DNA of 64,000 nt from Candidatus Pacearchaeota archaeon (GTDB taxonomy: Archaea > Nanobdellota > Nanobdellia > Pacearchaeales > UBA284): NCBI GenBank assembly GCA_038886195.1, contig JAVZYK010000001.1, forward strand, positions 529,106 to 593,105, read 5' to 3'. Positions 28,926 to 40,000 of the stretch are shown one piece after another; positions within the stretch are counted from its first letter, which is position 1; each line of letters starts with the position of its first letter. The position numbers and the translations under genes are program-made. The notes under the pieces are model-generated. The model saw nothing but the letters and a program-made list of their open reading frames with translations, searched no databases and had not been told where the DNA came from.

Positions 28926-29975
28926 TTATCCAAATATTTTATTGATAATTTCTTTTTTATCGAATTTTTTTAAGTCATCATATTCTTGCCCAACTCCGAG
29001 GAACAAAATCGGTTTTTTTGTCACATAACTTATTGATATTGTAGCGCCTCCTTTTTCGTCAACATCAGCCTTTGTAAGAATAATCGCATCTATACCTACA
29101 GCATCATTAAATGCTTTTGCTTGTTCTATAACATCATTGCCTGTTATCGCTTCTCCAACAAAAATTTTTAATTGAGGTTTTGTTACACGACAAATTTTTT
29201 CCATTTCTCTAAGCAAATCATGTTTAGTATGCATCCTGCCAGCAGTATCTATAAGTACTACATCTATCGCTTTTGCTTTGGCATGAGCTATTGCATCGAA
29301 AGCTACTGCTGCAGGATCAGAACCATATTTTTGTTTTATAACTTCGATACCAAGTTTTGAACCATGTTTTTCGAGTTGTTCAATTGAAGCGGCTCGAAAC
29401 GTATCAGCCGCTGCAAAAACAGAAGTTATGTCATTATTTTTTAACATATAAGCAATTTTAGCTATAGTGGTTGTTTTCCCGCTTCCATTAATTCCAAAGA
29501 ACACTATGATAAAAGGTTTTTGTTTTTCAGTTTTTATTTTATCAATTAAATCAAAAGGCTCAATAAATAAAGAATCTATAGCCTGTTTTAAACTTTCTTC
29601 AATTTTCCTTTCCCACTCTTTTCTTGAAATTTCTTTATTAATTAAATCATTTTTCAATTTTTCGCGCAATGAGTCTATAGCTTCTAGGGCTACATTATTT
29701 TCTATAAGAATTATTTCTAATTTATCAAATAATTTATTAAATTCTTGTTCATTTAGTTTGGTTGTAAAAACCTTTTTTAATTTTGAAAAAAGTCCTTCTT
29801 TCTTTTCTTCAAGTTCTTTTATTTCCTTATCTTCTTTTAAAATTTGTTTTTCAGTTTTTTCTATCTCTTTTATTTCCTGTTTTATTTCTCGCTCTTCTTT
29901 TTCTTCTTCTTTTTTTATTTCTTCTTTAGTTCCTGTAATAAATTCCTTTATTTTTTTCTTTAAAAAACCAAACAT
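28926..29975 (-). CDS. ftsY: SRP receptor FtsY
   Basis: GINGSGKTTT, DTFRAASIEQL, DTAGR, TKADVDEKGG. Confidence 0.97.
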   Translation of the reverse strand: MFGFLKKKIKEFITGTKEEIKKEEEKEEREIKQEIKEIEKTEKQILKEDKEIKELEEKKEGLFSKLKKVFTTKLNEQEFNKLFDKLEIILIENNVALEAIDSLREKLKNDLINKEISRKEWERKIEESLKQAIDSLFIEPFDLIDKIKTEKQKPFIIVFFGINGSGKTTTIAKIAYMLKNNDITSVFAAADTFRAASIEQLEKHGSKLGIEVIKQKYGSDPAAVAFDAIAHAKAKAIDVVLIDTAGRMHTKHDLLREMEKICRVTKPQLKIFVGEAITGNDVIEQAKAFNDAVGIDAIILTKADVDEKGGATISISYVTKKPILFLGVGQEYDDLKKFDKKEIINKIFG

Positions 29976-30055
29976 TTTTCCTAGATTTTTAAAAATTTAT
30001 TTAATTTTTATTTAAAACAGGAAATATTAATAAATGTTGCTTTGTTTGAGTTTTT

Positions 30056-30673
30056 ATGGTTAAAAAGAGTAAAAATAAAAAAAAGCAAAGAAAGTCTTGT
30101 ATTTGTAAAATATATCTATTCAGGCATGGTCAGACTTTTTACAATAAAAAGAAAATTTTTACTGGATGGAAGGATTCTAAATTAACTTCTCTTGGTAAAA
30201 AGCAAGCAAAAATTATTGCTAAAAAATTAAAAAACAAGAAATTTCAAATTGCTTATACAAGCGATTTATCACGATGTAAAGATACCTTAAAAGAAGTTCT
30301 AAAATATCATCCGGAATGTAAAAAAATAATAATTGATTGGAGATTGCGTGAAAGAAGTTATGGTAAATTAGAGGGTATGAGCCACAAAAAATTTATAGAA
30401 AGATATGGAAAAGAAAAATTCGATATATATCATAGAAGTTATGATATACCTCCCCCAAAAGGTGAAAGCATTAAAATGGTTGAAAAAAGAGTATTGGCTT
30501 TTATTAAAGATTTATTGAAAATTATAAAGAAAGAAAAAGTCAATGTAGCAATTTGCGCTTCCGGAAATAGTATGAGGCCTTTTAGGAGATATTTTGAACA
30601 TTTAAGTATTAAAGAAATGATGAAACTTGAAAATCCTTGGGATGATTATTTTGAGTATTCTCTAAGATGTTAA
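30056..30673 (+). CDS. Histidine phosphatase family protein, dPGM-like (GpmA-like)
   Basis: LFRHGQT..N...FTGW.D, LRERSYG, PPKGES; second His replaced (ASGNS). Confidence 0.8.
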   Translation: MVKKSKNKKKQRKSCICKIYLFRHGQTFYNKKKIFTGWKDSKLTSLGKKQAKIIAKKLKNKKFQIAYTSDLSRCKDTLKEVLKYHPECKKIIIDWRLRERSYGKLEGMSHKKFIERYGKEKFDIYHRSYDIPPPKGESIKMVEKRVLAFIKDLLKIIKKEKVNVAICASGNSMRPFRRYFEHLSIKEMMKLENPWDDYFEYSLRC

Positions 30674-30733
30674 AGTTTTTAAATTTAAAGTTATTTTTAA
30701 ATTGGCTAAGGGAAAAACCGAAAAGATAAAAAG

Positions 30734-31297
30734 ATGATAACTTATCAAGAAATTTATGAAGCTTTGCGTAAAGAAAAATATAATGAAGCACTTCAGCAAT
30801 TGCCTTCTAATTTTTTGCAAGAAGTATCTGAATATATAAATGATAAAAAAAACATTTTATCTAGAGAGAGTGATTTTTTCTCTGATACTTTAAGAATGAC
30901 TAGGAAACAATTAGATAATGCTTTAAGTATAGTTAAAGAGTTATTAATTATAAGACAAAGAAAAGTATTAAATTTAGCTTTTGTTGCAGCAGTTACCGGA
31001 ATAAGTAAAAGAGATACAGAATCTTTATTAGAGCACGAAAAAGAGCTTTTTGACATTTCTGTGAGGCAGTTAGAACAAAATCAAAAATTGATATCAGAAA
31101 TTTTAAATGGCAAGATTGAGAAGAAAGATTTAAAAAATCTTTTTGTTAGATTCAAAGAAGATGTGCCTGCTTTTCTTGATGGAAGCGGTGTGGAGCTAGG
31201 ACCTTTCAAGAAAGGCGATGTAGCAAACTTGCCTAAAGAAATTGCAGAGATACTTTTGGCAGATGATAAGGTGGCACAAATCGAGGAAGAAAATTAG
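30734..31297 (+). CDS. GINS complex subunit (Gins51-type)
   Basis: LQQLPSNF, R..KV..LA, C-terminal B domain GPFKKGDVANLP. Confidence 0.85.
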   Translation: MITYQEIYEALRKEKYNEALQQLPSNFLQEVSEYINDKKNILSRESDFFSDTLRMTRKQLDNALSIVKELLIIRQRKVLNLAFVAAVTGISKRDTESLLEHEKELFDISVRQLEQNQKLISEILNGKIEKKDLKNLFVRFKEDVPAFLDGSGVELGPFKKGDVANLPKEIAEILLADDKVAQIEEEN

Positions 31298-31313
31298 ATA
31301 AAAAAAATAAAAA

Positions 31314-31637
31314 ATGAAATTTCCAAAGAAAAGAAGAAGATATTGTCCCTATTGTAAAAAACACACTGAACATAAGATTGTGATAGTTAGTAGCGCAAAA
31401 CAAAGAGGCGCATTGAAAAAATTTTCAATAAATAGAGCAAGAAAACGAGGCAGAGGAAGGGGTTTTGGAAATCTTGGAAAATGGGGAAGTAAGCCTGCAG
31501 TTTCCAAATGGAAAAGGAAAACAAAAAGTACTAAAAAAACAAATATAATTTATAGCTGTACTGTTTGTGGTAAAAGTACGTTACAAAGAAAAGGAATAAG
31601 AACGGGCAAAGTTCAACTTAAGGAGGAAAGTAAGTAA
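31314..31637 (+). CDS. rpl44e: 50S ribosomal protein L44e
   Basis: YCPYCKKHTEH ... CTVCGK. Confidence 0.95.
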   Translation: MKFPKKRRRYCPYCKKHTEHKIVIVSSAKQRGALKKFSINRARKRGRGRGFGNLGKWGSKPAVSKWKRKTKSTKKTNIIYSCTVCGKSTLQRKGIRTGKVQLKEESK

Positions 31638-31638
31638 A

Positions 31639-32166
31639 ATGGTAGAAAAGAAGAAATTTATTGATGTTAAATTAAATGTGTTATCTACAACTGTCCAACT
31701 TTTAGCATTTAAACAAGAAGATCTTGTAGGAAAGGTTGTTAATTTAGATTTAACAAAATTTTTAAAAGGCAAAGGCGCAGAAGCAAAATTTTTAATTGTT
31801 AAACAAGACGATAATATTTTTGGAGATATTTTTTCATTTGAAATGTATCCTTCTTATATAAGAAGACTTATAGGACATAATGTAAGTATTGTAGAAGATT
31901 CATTTGTTATTAAAACTCAAGAAGCTCCTTTAAGGATAAAACCTTTTTTAATAACAAGAAAAAAAGTACATAGAAGTGTAAGAAAGGCTTTAAGGCAAGC
32001 GGCAAAGGATTTTATTGAAAAAATGATTAAAGACAAAACAAAAGAAAAAATCTTTCAAACAGTCATATCTGGACTTTTACAAAAACAACTTTCAAAGAAA
32101 TTAAAAAAGATCTATCCTTTAGCTGTTTGTGAATTGAGAGTTGTGAAAGTTGAAAAAACAAAATAA
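31639..32166 (+). CDS. rps3ae: 30S ribosomal protein S3Ae (eS1), divergent
   Basis: YIRRL, KKIYPL..CELR C-terminal motif. Confidence 0.85.
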   Translation: MVEKKKFIDVKLNVLSTTVQLLAFKQEDLVGKVVNLDLTKFLKGKGAEAKFLIVKQDDNIFGDIFSFEMYPSYIRRLIGHNVSIVEDSFVIKTQEAPLRIKPFLITRKKVHRSVRKALRQAAKDFIEKMIKDKTKEKIFQTVISGLLQKQLSKKLKKIYPLAVCELRVVKVEKTK

Positions 32167-32227
32167 AAATATTGCTAATAAATAAGAAAAAATTAAAAAG
32201 TATCTTTTTCTAATTTTTTATAAATGC

Positions 32228-32315
32228 GCCTCAGTAGCTCAGCGGTAGAGCGGCTGCCTTGTAATATCGAAAACAAGCAAGCAGTAGGTCGAGGGTTCGA
32301 TTCCCTCCTGAGGCT
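32228..32315 (+). tRNA. tRNA-Thr(TGT) with a 16-nt intron at canonical position 37/38 (32264-32279)
   Basis: Acceptor GCCTCAG/CTGAGGC, anticodon stem GCTGC/GCAGT, loop CTTGTA^A, T-arm GAGGG-TTCGATT-CCCTC; intron CAAG pairs with CTTG. Confidence 0.95.
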
Positions 32316-32335
32316 TTAACAGAATAGGAATTGAA

Positions 32336-33616
32336 ATGTTAAATACTGAAACTCCTGTTATTTTGCCTTTGCTTAATGAAACTAGAGTTGCTCCTGCTGA
32401 GTCGATTTCCTTTGTGGAAGTCAATAATCCGGGTTTTTGGATTTGCCTTTTTTTTCTTGTTGTTATTTTCTTTTATTGTTGCTATCTAATTTATTTTTCA
32501 TTAACTATTAAAATAAAGAAACAAAAATTCAATTATTTTCCAACAGTTTCTGTGTTGGTTGACGCAAAAAATGCAGGCAATACTATAAAAAGAAGAATAG
32601 AAAATTTGTTAAAACAAAACTATCCTAAGAACAAGTACGAAATAATAGTTTATGATAGAAATTCTAAAGACAATACAGAAGCCATTTGTAGAGAATATGA
32701 AAAGAAAGGAAAAATCAAATACATTCGTGGAAAATATGAAATAAAAGGCCCTTTGCTTGATTTGGCTATAGAAAAATTAGCTAAAGGAGAGATTTTATTG
32801 TTAAGCGATCCTGATGTTATTTCTGAAAAGAACTGGATTCTTGGAATGGTCCAACCTTTTAAAGATCCCAAAGTTGGAGTAGTTGCTGGAACAGTTCATT
32901 GTGGAAACTATTATAAAGGCTTTTTTCCTTTGATGAGGGCTGTTGAAGACGAGTGGAGATTTGTAGCTCCGATGTTAAGAAACAGCGATACTGTTTTTCC
33001 TGTAGGAGCAAATCAGGCTTTGAGAAGAAAAGCTTGGGAACAAACAAAATTTGGAAATAAAGTTCTTGATGATTTGGACATAACGACGAGAATTATTGAT
33101 AAAGGTTGGAAATCTGTAGGAGTTAGTGCTACGGGAGTCGAAGAAGAAGTTGAAACTTTGCAACAATATTGGAGGCAGAGAACTAGATGGTATAAGGTTA
33201 ATATTGGAGAATATTTTGGTAAAACTAAATTCTGGAAAAAATTTTTAGAGGCGTTGCCACATTCAATACAATTGGTTATGGCCATATTAATGGTAGTTTT
33301 CTTTTTTTCATTATTTTCAAAAACCTTGTTATTTTTAGTATTATTGAATTTTATAATGTTAAATGCTGCCATGGTTATTGCTTTTATAAGAATAAAAACT
33401 GGCGTGAATTTTATTCCATATATTTCTTTATATCTTATTGTTGATACTTGGTTTTTTGTAGTGACGCTAATATACGTTCAAACAATAGGCAGATTTGTCA
33501 ATGTAACAAAGGAAGCTTGGCCTAGTTTACAAGCCGGAACTTATCACGCTGGAACTGAACTTAGAACCTGGTTTTTTAAATTCGGAAAAAAAGTTAAGGA
33601 TTATACTAAAATGTAA
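32336..33616 (+). CDS. Processive GT2 glycosyltransferase (cellulose synthase/NodC-like)
   Basis: YD..SKD, DPD (DxD), LDD, QRTRW (QxxRW), N- and C-terminal TMs. Confidence 0.88.
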   Translation: MLNTETPVILPLLNETRVAPAESISFVEVNNPGFWICLFFLVVIFFYCCYLIYFSLTIKIKKQKFNYFPTVSVLVDAKNAGNTIKRRIENLLKQNYPKNKYEIIVYDRNSKDNTEAICREYEKKGKIKYIRGKYEIKGPLLDLAIEKLAKGEILLLSDPDVISEKNWILGMVQPFKDPKVGVVAGTVHCGNYYKGFFPLMRAVEDEWRFVAPMLRNSDTVFPVGANQALRRKAWEQTKFGNKVLDDLDITTRIIDKGWKSVGVSATGVEEEVETLQQYWRQRTRWYKVNIGEYFGKTKFWKKFLEALPHSIQLVMAILMVVFFFSLFSKTLLFLVLLNFIMLNAAMVIAFIRIKTGVNFIPYISLYLIVDTWFFVVTLIYVQTIGRFVNVTKEAWPSLQAGTYHAGTELRTWFFKFGKKVKDYTKM

Positions 33617-33650
33617 AAAAGTTTAAGAAGGTTTTTTAATTAGATTTATT

Positions 33651-34034
33651 ATGATAAAAATATATGAAATTGAGCCAAATAATTTACAAAAGATAAAAAA
33701 TATTCTTGAGGCTCCAGACAGTGTTACAAATGAACTTGATTTCGAGATTGAAAAAGAGCAGGGTAAGGGAGTTATGGAGAAAGCAAAAGAATGGAAAATT
33801 AATGAATGGAAAAAAAATGGCTATATTTTAAGAGATGCTAAAGCTTTGGGAATTAATAAAAAAGTAAGTTTCTTGTATGTCTCTGCTTCAGAAGATTTTT
33901 TTGAGAGAAATGAAAAAAACATCATTGATTTGGGAGCAAAACCTCTAAGTGGCGAAGATTATGAGAATGTTAAAAATAAAATAGAAGAAAGTGAGGAAGA
34001 GGTGGCCGAAGGTCTTGGTTTCATTTTTAGTTGA
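33651..34034 (+). CDS. Hypothetical protein
   Basis: 127-aa ORF with GYILRDAKALG and acidic C-terminal helix ending GLGFIF. Confidence 0.7.
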   Translation: MIKIYEIEPNNLQKIKNILEAPDSVTNELDFEIEKEQGKGVMEKAKEWKINEWKKNGYILRDAKALGINKKVSFLYVSASEDFFERNEKNIIDLGAKPLSGEDYENVKNKIEESEEEVAEGLGFIFS

Positions 34035-34037
34035 GAG

Positions 34038-34556
34038 ATGGCAAAAAATAAAAATAAATCAGATATTTTAGAAAAAATTATTGTTAATGAAGCAATTGAC
34101 GAAACATTTTCTTGTGATTTTAAAGAAGACTTATATTCTGGAGGAAAAAATTTGACAATAAAATTTGAACTTGAACCTGAAGATGTATTGTATAGCCTTT
34201 GTTTTCAAAAGAAAATAAGTTTTGAAGATTTAAGTAACTTATTTGATTGGTTTGAACGAGAAAATAAAATATATGTTATAAGTAAAAAATTCAATGCGAA
34301 TTTAGAATTGTTAAGAAAAATGTCCAATAAACAAATAATGGAGTTTTTCAAAAATCATTACGATATCAAATATTTCTCTTATAATTTTTGTGGAAAAGAA
34401 ATTTATTTTTTCAGTTATTTAGAATCGAACACATCTTATCCGTATTATGGTAATAAAAAAGCAAATAGGATAGCTAAAAAAGGCATTTTTGATGAACAAA
34501 ACTGTAAAAATCTTATTTATTGTGCCGCAAGATACAAAGCAGACCACCGCTTTTAA
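34038..34556 (+). CDS. Hypothetical protein
   Basis: 172-aa ORF, no motif recognised. Confidence 0.55.
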   Translation: MAKNKNKSDILEKIIVNEAIDETFSCDFKEDLYSGGKNLTIKFELEPEDVLYSLCFQKKISFEDLSNLFDWFERENKIYVISKKFNANLELLRKMSNKQIMEFFKNHYDIKYFSYNFCGKEIYFFSYLESNTSYPYYGNKKANRIAKKGIFDEQNCKNLIYCAARYKADHRF

Positions 34557-34632
34557 TTAAATCAGGTTTTTAAAAACTCAATCTTTTTAAATCGCATTTT
34601 CTTAGATATTTTTGAGTTGGAAGAAATGGAAA

Positions 34633-34705
34633 GGACCCGTGGTCTAGTGGTTAAGACGCAACCTTGACGTGGTTGAAATCGCTGGTTCGACTCCAGCCGG
34701 GTCCA
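34633..34705 (+). tRNA. tRNA-Val(GAC)
   Basis: GGACCCG/CGGGTCC acceptor, CAACC-TTGACGT-GGTTG anticodon arm, GCTGG-TTCGACT-CCAGC T-arm. Confidence 0.97.
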
Positions 34706-34743
34706 TCTATATAAAAATATAAAAAGAAACAAAAAGTAAAAAA

Positions 34744-35091
34744 ATGGCGAAAGAAGATAAAAAAACAAAAGAGGATGAAGATAAGATTTTTGCCTTTTTG
34801 TGTTATTTGATTTCAATAATTGGAGTGATTATTGTTTTGGCAACTAAAAAAGAAAGGACAGAGTTCAGCATTTATCATGCAAAACAAGGTTTGGTTTTGT
34901 TTATAACATGGATAATTCTTTGGGTAATTACAGTGGTTTTGGCTTTTATACCTGTTTTGGGATGGATAATTAACATAGTGATTTGGGCTTGTTTAGTTTT
35001 GCTGTGGATTTTAGGAATGATAAATGCGCTAACAGGAAAGAAAGTTCCATTGCCAGTAATAGGTGTTTTTGGAGAAAAATTTAATTTTTAG
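34744..35091 (+). CDS. DUF4870-like small membrane protein
   Basis: AFLCYL, YHAKQGL, GMINALTGK..PLP.IG pattern. Confidence 0.8.
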   Translation: MAKEDKKTKEDEDKIFAFLCYLISIIGVIIVLATKKERTEFSIYHAKQGLVLFITWIILWVITVVLAFIPVLGWIINIVIWACLVLLWILGMINALTGKKVPLPVIGVFGEKFNF

Positions 35092-35171
35092 AGATAACTA
35101 ATATTGGAGAGTAAAGAATTTAAGCAAAAAAACTTATTTAAGAAAAAAAAATAAAAGAGGCAAAATCTGAA

Positions 35172-37040
35172 ATGCCTTTACAAAAGAAAGCACAAGTTTC
35201 GCTATTTATAATTATAGCCATAGTTATTGTAGCTGTTGCTTTATTGATTTTTTTTATTTTAAGAGCCAGAGTAGCTGTTTTGCCATTAAATGTTCAGCCA
35301 ATTGAATCTTATTTTAAAGATTGTATCGATTTAAAGATTAAAGAAGCTACACAAGTAGCAGGATTGCAAGGCGGTTACATTGAACTGCCTGCATTTGAAG
35401 CAGGTTCTAGCTATATGCCCTTTTCTAATCAGTTGAATTTTTTAGGAATTTCTATTCCTTATTGGTTTTATATTTCAGGAAATAATGTGGTTAAAGAACA
35501 GAGGCCATCTTTGGAAGAGATAGAGAAGCAATTTTCAAAATATTTAAAAGAAAGAATTAAAGAGTGCGATTTTGCTGGCTTTAAAGAGCAAGGATATTTA
35601 GTTAATTTTTCAGGGGAACCTCAAATAGATGTTACAATTAAAGCTTCATCTATCGAAACTATTGTTTATTGGCCTTTAAGCATAGGTTTTGGCGAGGAAA
35701 TTGCCACTATTTCAGAACATAAAATTTCTACTAAAAGCAATTTTGGTTCATTATTTAATGACGCTTCTACAATATTTGATTATCAGCAAGAGAAATTTTT
35801 CTTAGAAAATTATTCTTTAGATGTTTTAAGACTCTATGCGCCAGTAGATGGTATAGAGATTAGTTGTGCTCCAAAAATTTGGCAAAAATCACAAGTTGAA
35901 AATGAAACAAAAAAAGCTTTAGAAGCTAATTTGGCTTTTATTAAGGTGAAAGGCACAGATTATAATTTAGCAAAGGAGCAAAACAGATATTTTGTTATTG
36001 ACACTGGTAAAAATATAAAGAGCAATGTAAATTTTTTATACAATCCTTTGTGGCCTTCTCGTTTTGAAATCTGGCCAAGCGAAAATGATTTTATGATTGC
36101 AGAACCTATTGGAATGCAGCCAGGCTTGGGAATTCTTAGCAGTTTTGGTTTTTGTTATGTTCCTTATCATTTTGTTTATGATGTTTATTTTCCTGTTGTT
36201 GTACAATTGACAAAAGGAAATGAGTTTTTTCAATTTCCTATCGTTGTGGTTATTGAAAAGACACAAATTAGAAATGCGACTATTGCAGAAGTGGGTAAAG
36301 TTGTTTTTGATATATGTAATTATAAAACTCAAAGCGCTACTTTTTTCAGTTATGATGAGAATTTAAATCCTTTAGAAGCAGAAGTTTATTTCAAATGCTT
36401 TAATCAAATATGTAATTTAGGCAAAACTAAAATGGAAGAAGGCAAATTTAGATTAGATGCCAACTTACCAAGATGCTATAATGGATTTATCATTGCAAAA
36501 GCTCCAGGTTTTAGAGAGAGAAAAATACAATTTACAACAACAGAACCATTTGTTATGAATCTATTTTTAGCACCTTTGCATGAGCTTGAAATAGAAATTC
36601 CAGATTTAAAAACTGGAGAATATGCTTTAATTAGTTTCATTTCTTCAGATTATAGTTTCAATTTATATTATCCTGAACAAAAAAGAATTAATTTAAGTGA
36701 AGGGAATTATAATATTTCAGTTTATGTTTTTAAAGAATCTTCAATAACCTTAGAATCACAAAAAGGGGAAAGTTGCATAAAAATGCCATCTTCGGGCATT
36801 GCAGGCATATTTGGCGGCATGGAGGAACAATGTTTTGAAGTTGAATTGCCTCAACAATCTTTCACTAATGTTTTATTTGGCGGAGGCAAAGTTCCTTGGA
36901 GTATTACAGAATCTGAGCTGAAAGGAAAATCAAAATTGATTATAGAAATAGAAAAATTTTCAGTCCCTAGAACTTTAAATGAACTTACAGATATTTACGA
37001 CTTGATTGAAAATGCTCAAGTTAATGTTCAACTTAGATAA
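35172..37040 (+). CDS. Large class III signal-peptide protein (minor pilin/adhesin-like)
   Basis: KKA|QVSLFIIIAIVIV; GLQGGYI, Cys-containing extracellular domains. Confidence 0.85.
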   Translation: MPLQKKAQVSLFIIIAIVIVAVALLIFFILRARVAVLPLNVQPIESYFKDCIDLKIKEATQVAGLQGGYIELPAFEAGSSYMPFSNQLNFLGISIPYWFYISGNNVVKEQRPSLEEIEKQFSKYLKERIKECDFAGFKEQGYLVNFSGEPQIDVTIKASSIETIVYWPLSIGFGEEIATISEHKISTKSNFGSLFNDASTIFDYQQEKFFLENYSLDVLRLYAPVDGIEISCAPKIWQKSQVENETKKALEANLAFIKVKGTDYNLAKEQNRYFVIDTGKNIKSNVNFLYNPLWPSRFEIWPSENDFMIAEPIGMQPGLGILSSFGFCYVPYHFVYDVYFPVVVQLTKGNEFFQFPIVVVIEKTQIRNATIAEVGKVVFDICNYKTQSATFFSYDENLNPLEAEVYFKCFNQICNLGKTKMEEGKFRLDANLPRCYNGFIIAKAPGFRERKIQFTTTEPFVMNLFLAPLHELEIEIPDLKTGEYALISFISSDYSFNLYYPEQKRINLSEGNYNISVYVFKESSITLESQKGESCIKMPSSGIAGIFGGMEEQCFEVELPQQSFTNVLFGGGKVPWSITESELKGKSKLIIEIEKFSVPRTLNELTDIYDLIENAQVNVQLR

Positions 37041-37083
37041 ATAAAAAATAGAATAAAAAGAAAATAAAAAACAGGAAATAAAA

Positions 37084-40000
37084 ATGAAAAGAATAGTTTT
37101 AATATTTTTTGTAGTTTTATTTTCAATTGTATTAATTAGAGCTCAAAATTTGCCTTTAGAAACTCTTCAAACGCCTTCTCCTCCTTCAGAATTTTATCAG
37201 AGTTTAGAAGCTTCGCCTTATCTTTATCCTAGTTATGAATCCAATCCTTGGATGCAGACACAATGGCAACAAGACTATTGTAATAAAACTGGAATGGACT
37301 TTTTAGTTATGATTGAGCCTTCTGCTTGCTCTCCAGCAGTTGTAAGAAGCGATTTGCTTGAAGAAGAAGATGTTCCTGTGCTTTGCAGGATGACTGCCGT
37401 TAAGATCAATCCTTTGATTCAAGTTCCTTATATTAAAAGCATTATTCCTACTGTAGAGAACAAATCTAATGAAATAGGGTTTGTTAATTTTATTCCTGCC
37501 AGGATTGCTTTGAGTTATGCTGCTCCTTTTGATAAAAAAAACGCAAACTTTGAGGGCGTGCCCACAATGAACAATTTAGGTTATTTATGGATACAATTGA
37601 AACAACAACCAACAGAATCGAAAATGCCAGATAATGTAAAAGTAAATATGTCTGTTAAGATAAAATACGATGTTGCAAGAACTTATGGAATTGTAGAAAA
37701 TCAGTTTGTATTGCCCTTGTTAAATCAGGATGAATGGCAACAACGTTACAAAGAATTTGGATTTTGGCGTGGAAAAGGCTACCTTAGATTACAAGAAGTT
37801 ACTGGGCCCAATACCGCGAAAATTGCCATTTACACAAATCCAAATAGTGCGCCGATTAGAGTTGTAGAACTTAGAGAAGGCGCTGATCCAAGTTTAAAGG
37901 ATGAAATAAAATTGCCAGGATTTTATTGCGGTGCAGGCGTTAGATTGAAACTTGATAAAATAACTACTCCAACAACAAGGGTAAGGCTATTAGTTAATGG
38001 AAACGAAATGGTTTTAGAAGGTGGAGACTATATTGGAGATTCTGGCTGTAAAGTTGATTTTATTAGTTCTAGTTCGAGTTATGGTGGCAGTGTAACTATA
38101 TGGTGTCCTACTGAAAGCAGAGTTTTAACAATTAAAGATCACAGTGCTCAAATACAAATAGAGGATGATGTTTTTGAAGCAGCAGTAGGAACTGAATTGA
38201 ATTTTAGTTTAAAAGAAAATAAAACAGGACATATTTATGTTGGTTTTATTGGTAAAGAATATAGCACAGAGGGCTTTACTGATTTTGTTTTGCTTTTCAG
38301 CAAAGGCAAAGATTATGAATCTATAAAAGAAGGAGATTCTAAAAAAATAATAAATGAAATTAACGAATATATTAAAAGAAATAGAGGAGCCAATTTAGAT
38401 GTATCTTATACCGAAACTCGATGGGTAACCGAATTAAAGAACTTTATAAAAGATAAACCTTATGCTAGGAATTTGAATTTTAATATCTTAAAACTTGGAA
38501 CGACAATAGAAATTGAAGGTCATAGATTTAAAGTTTTATCAGTTTCGGGTCCTGAACAAGTTTATTATACAAAAGACGTAGAAGCTCGTTATAAAGAAGC
38601 TATACAACGATGGAGAGATCTATCTTATGCTTATGCCAATCAACCAAGCCCTCAGGGATCTTATTATGGAGTTATTGCTTTAAGAAATGCGGCGAACTTG
38701 GCAAAAGATATGCATAAGAGAATAGATGAAGCTGAGTTGCTTAGAGAATTGATAAATAAATATGCTTCAAGTGAAGAACCAGAAATTATTGCAGAGGTAG
38801 ATGCTGCTAGAGAGGATCTAAGAAGAGCGACATTTGGTGGCAATAGAGTTACTTCAATAATGACTTCAATGGGAAGTTATTCTATAGAACTTATATCTAT
38901 AGAAAAACCAGGATTGGGAACAAAAGAAGCAAGAGTAGAGATTAATGATAGTCCTGCTGTATTGATAATTGATGATAATGTGGATAGCTGGGATGTTATC
39001 GATATTACAGAAAATAGTGTTAAATTTAGAAATGCTTCAAATGTAGAAGAAACTATTTCTGTTGGAAATTATAAATATTTAGGAAACACGAAAGTAAAAG
39101 TTTTAGGAACAACATTGAAAAGAGAAGCCAAAGTAACCATTTTGCCTTTTGAAAAAGAAAGAGAAACTATAACTAATTTTAGCGTTCAAATAGGTATCGA
39201 AAAAAGAGCCATAAAACTTGCTCCGGAAAAAACCAATGAACTTATAGAAAAATTGAACAAACAAATAGCAACTTTAGAAAACGTGAAAAATAACTTAGAA
39301 AAAATACTTTCTGTGTGGAGAAAAGCCTGTTTTGTTACTGCAGGAAGTTTATGGATTAAAAATTTTGTTACTGGATTGAGCGGTGAAGCTTACGCTAGAA
39401 AAATAGCGATGAAATCTTGGACTAAAGCCTGTGCTGACGTTGGCTTTAGACGAGAAATTAATGCTAAGAGTATTTCTGATTGTTACAGAATTAAAGAAAA
39501 AGAAATTAATGATGATATAAAACTTGTAAAAGAGGCGGTTAATAAAGCAAACAAATTCATTAAAGAAGTAAAGTCAGTAGAAGGGGTTCAAGTCAGAGGC
39601 GGCTTGTTTGGATTAAGTCAGATGACCGATGATAAAAAATTTATGGAAGTAGCTCAAAAGAACTTTCCATCTGATTTAAAAAATATTGAAATTTATGAGT
39701 ATAAAGAATTGCGAAGAATTACTAAAGGAGATGGCAAAATCGAATTTAGAGGAGAAATTTTTGATGATATAGATTCTTTATATGCGAAATATAAAGATGT
39801 TGACAGAAGCGAAGTTGCAAAAGTATTAGAAAGAAAAGTAACCTCTGGAGAGATTGTTTCAAAGATTGATGTGCTTTATAAAAATAATAGACTTTTCAAA
39901 GATGATGTTAAAGAACTTGTAGTAGATTTAGAACTTTATAAACAATGTCAAGAAAAACAATCTGTTTTATGTGAAGATATATTTAAAGGAAGTTTTGGCA

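Noticed and set aside
29467..30015. 182-aa plus-strand ORF and other antisense ORFs (e.g. 4167-4595, 10489-10968, 40638-41156, 59765-63778 minus-strand set)
   Set aside because: Opposite well-supported genes; F/S/L/I-rich composition is the mirror of K/E-rich sense codons
32239..32424. Minus-strand 61-aa ORF, and similarly 34562-34816
   Set aside because: Antisense shadows overlapping tRNA genes
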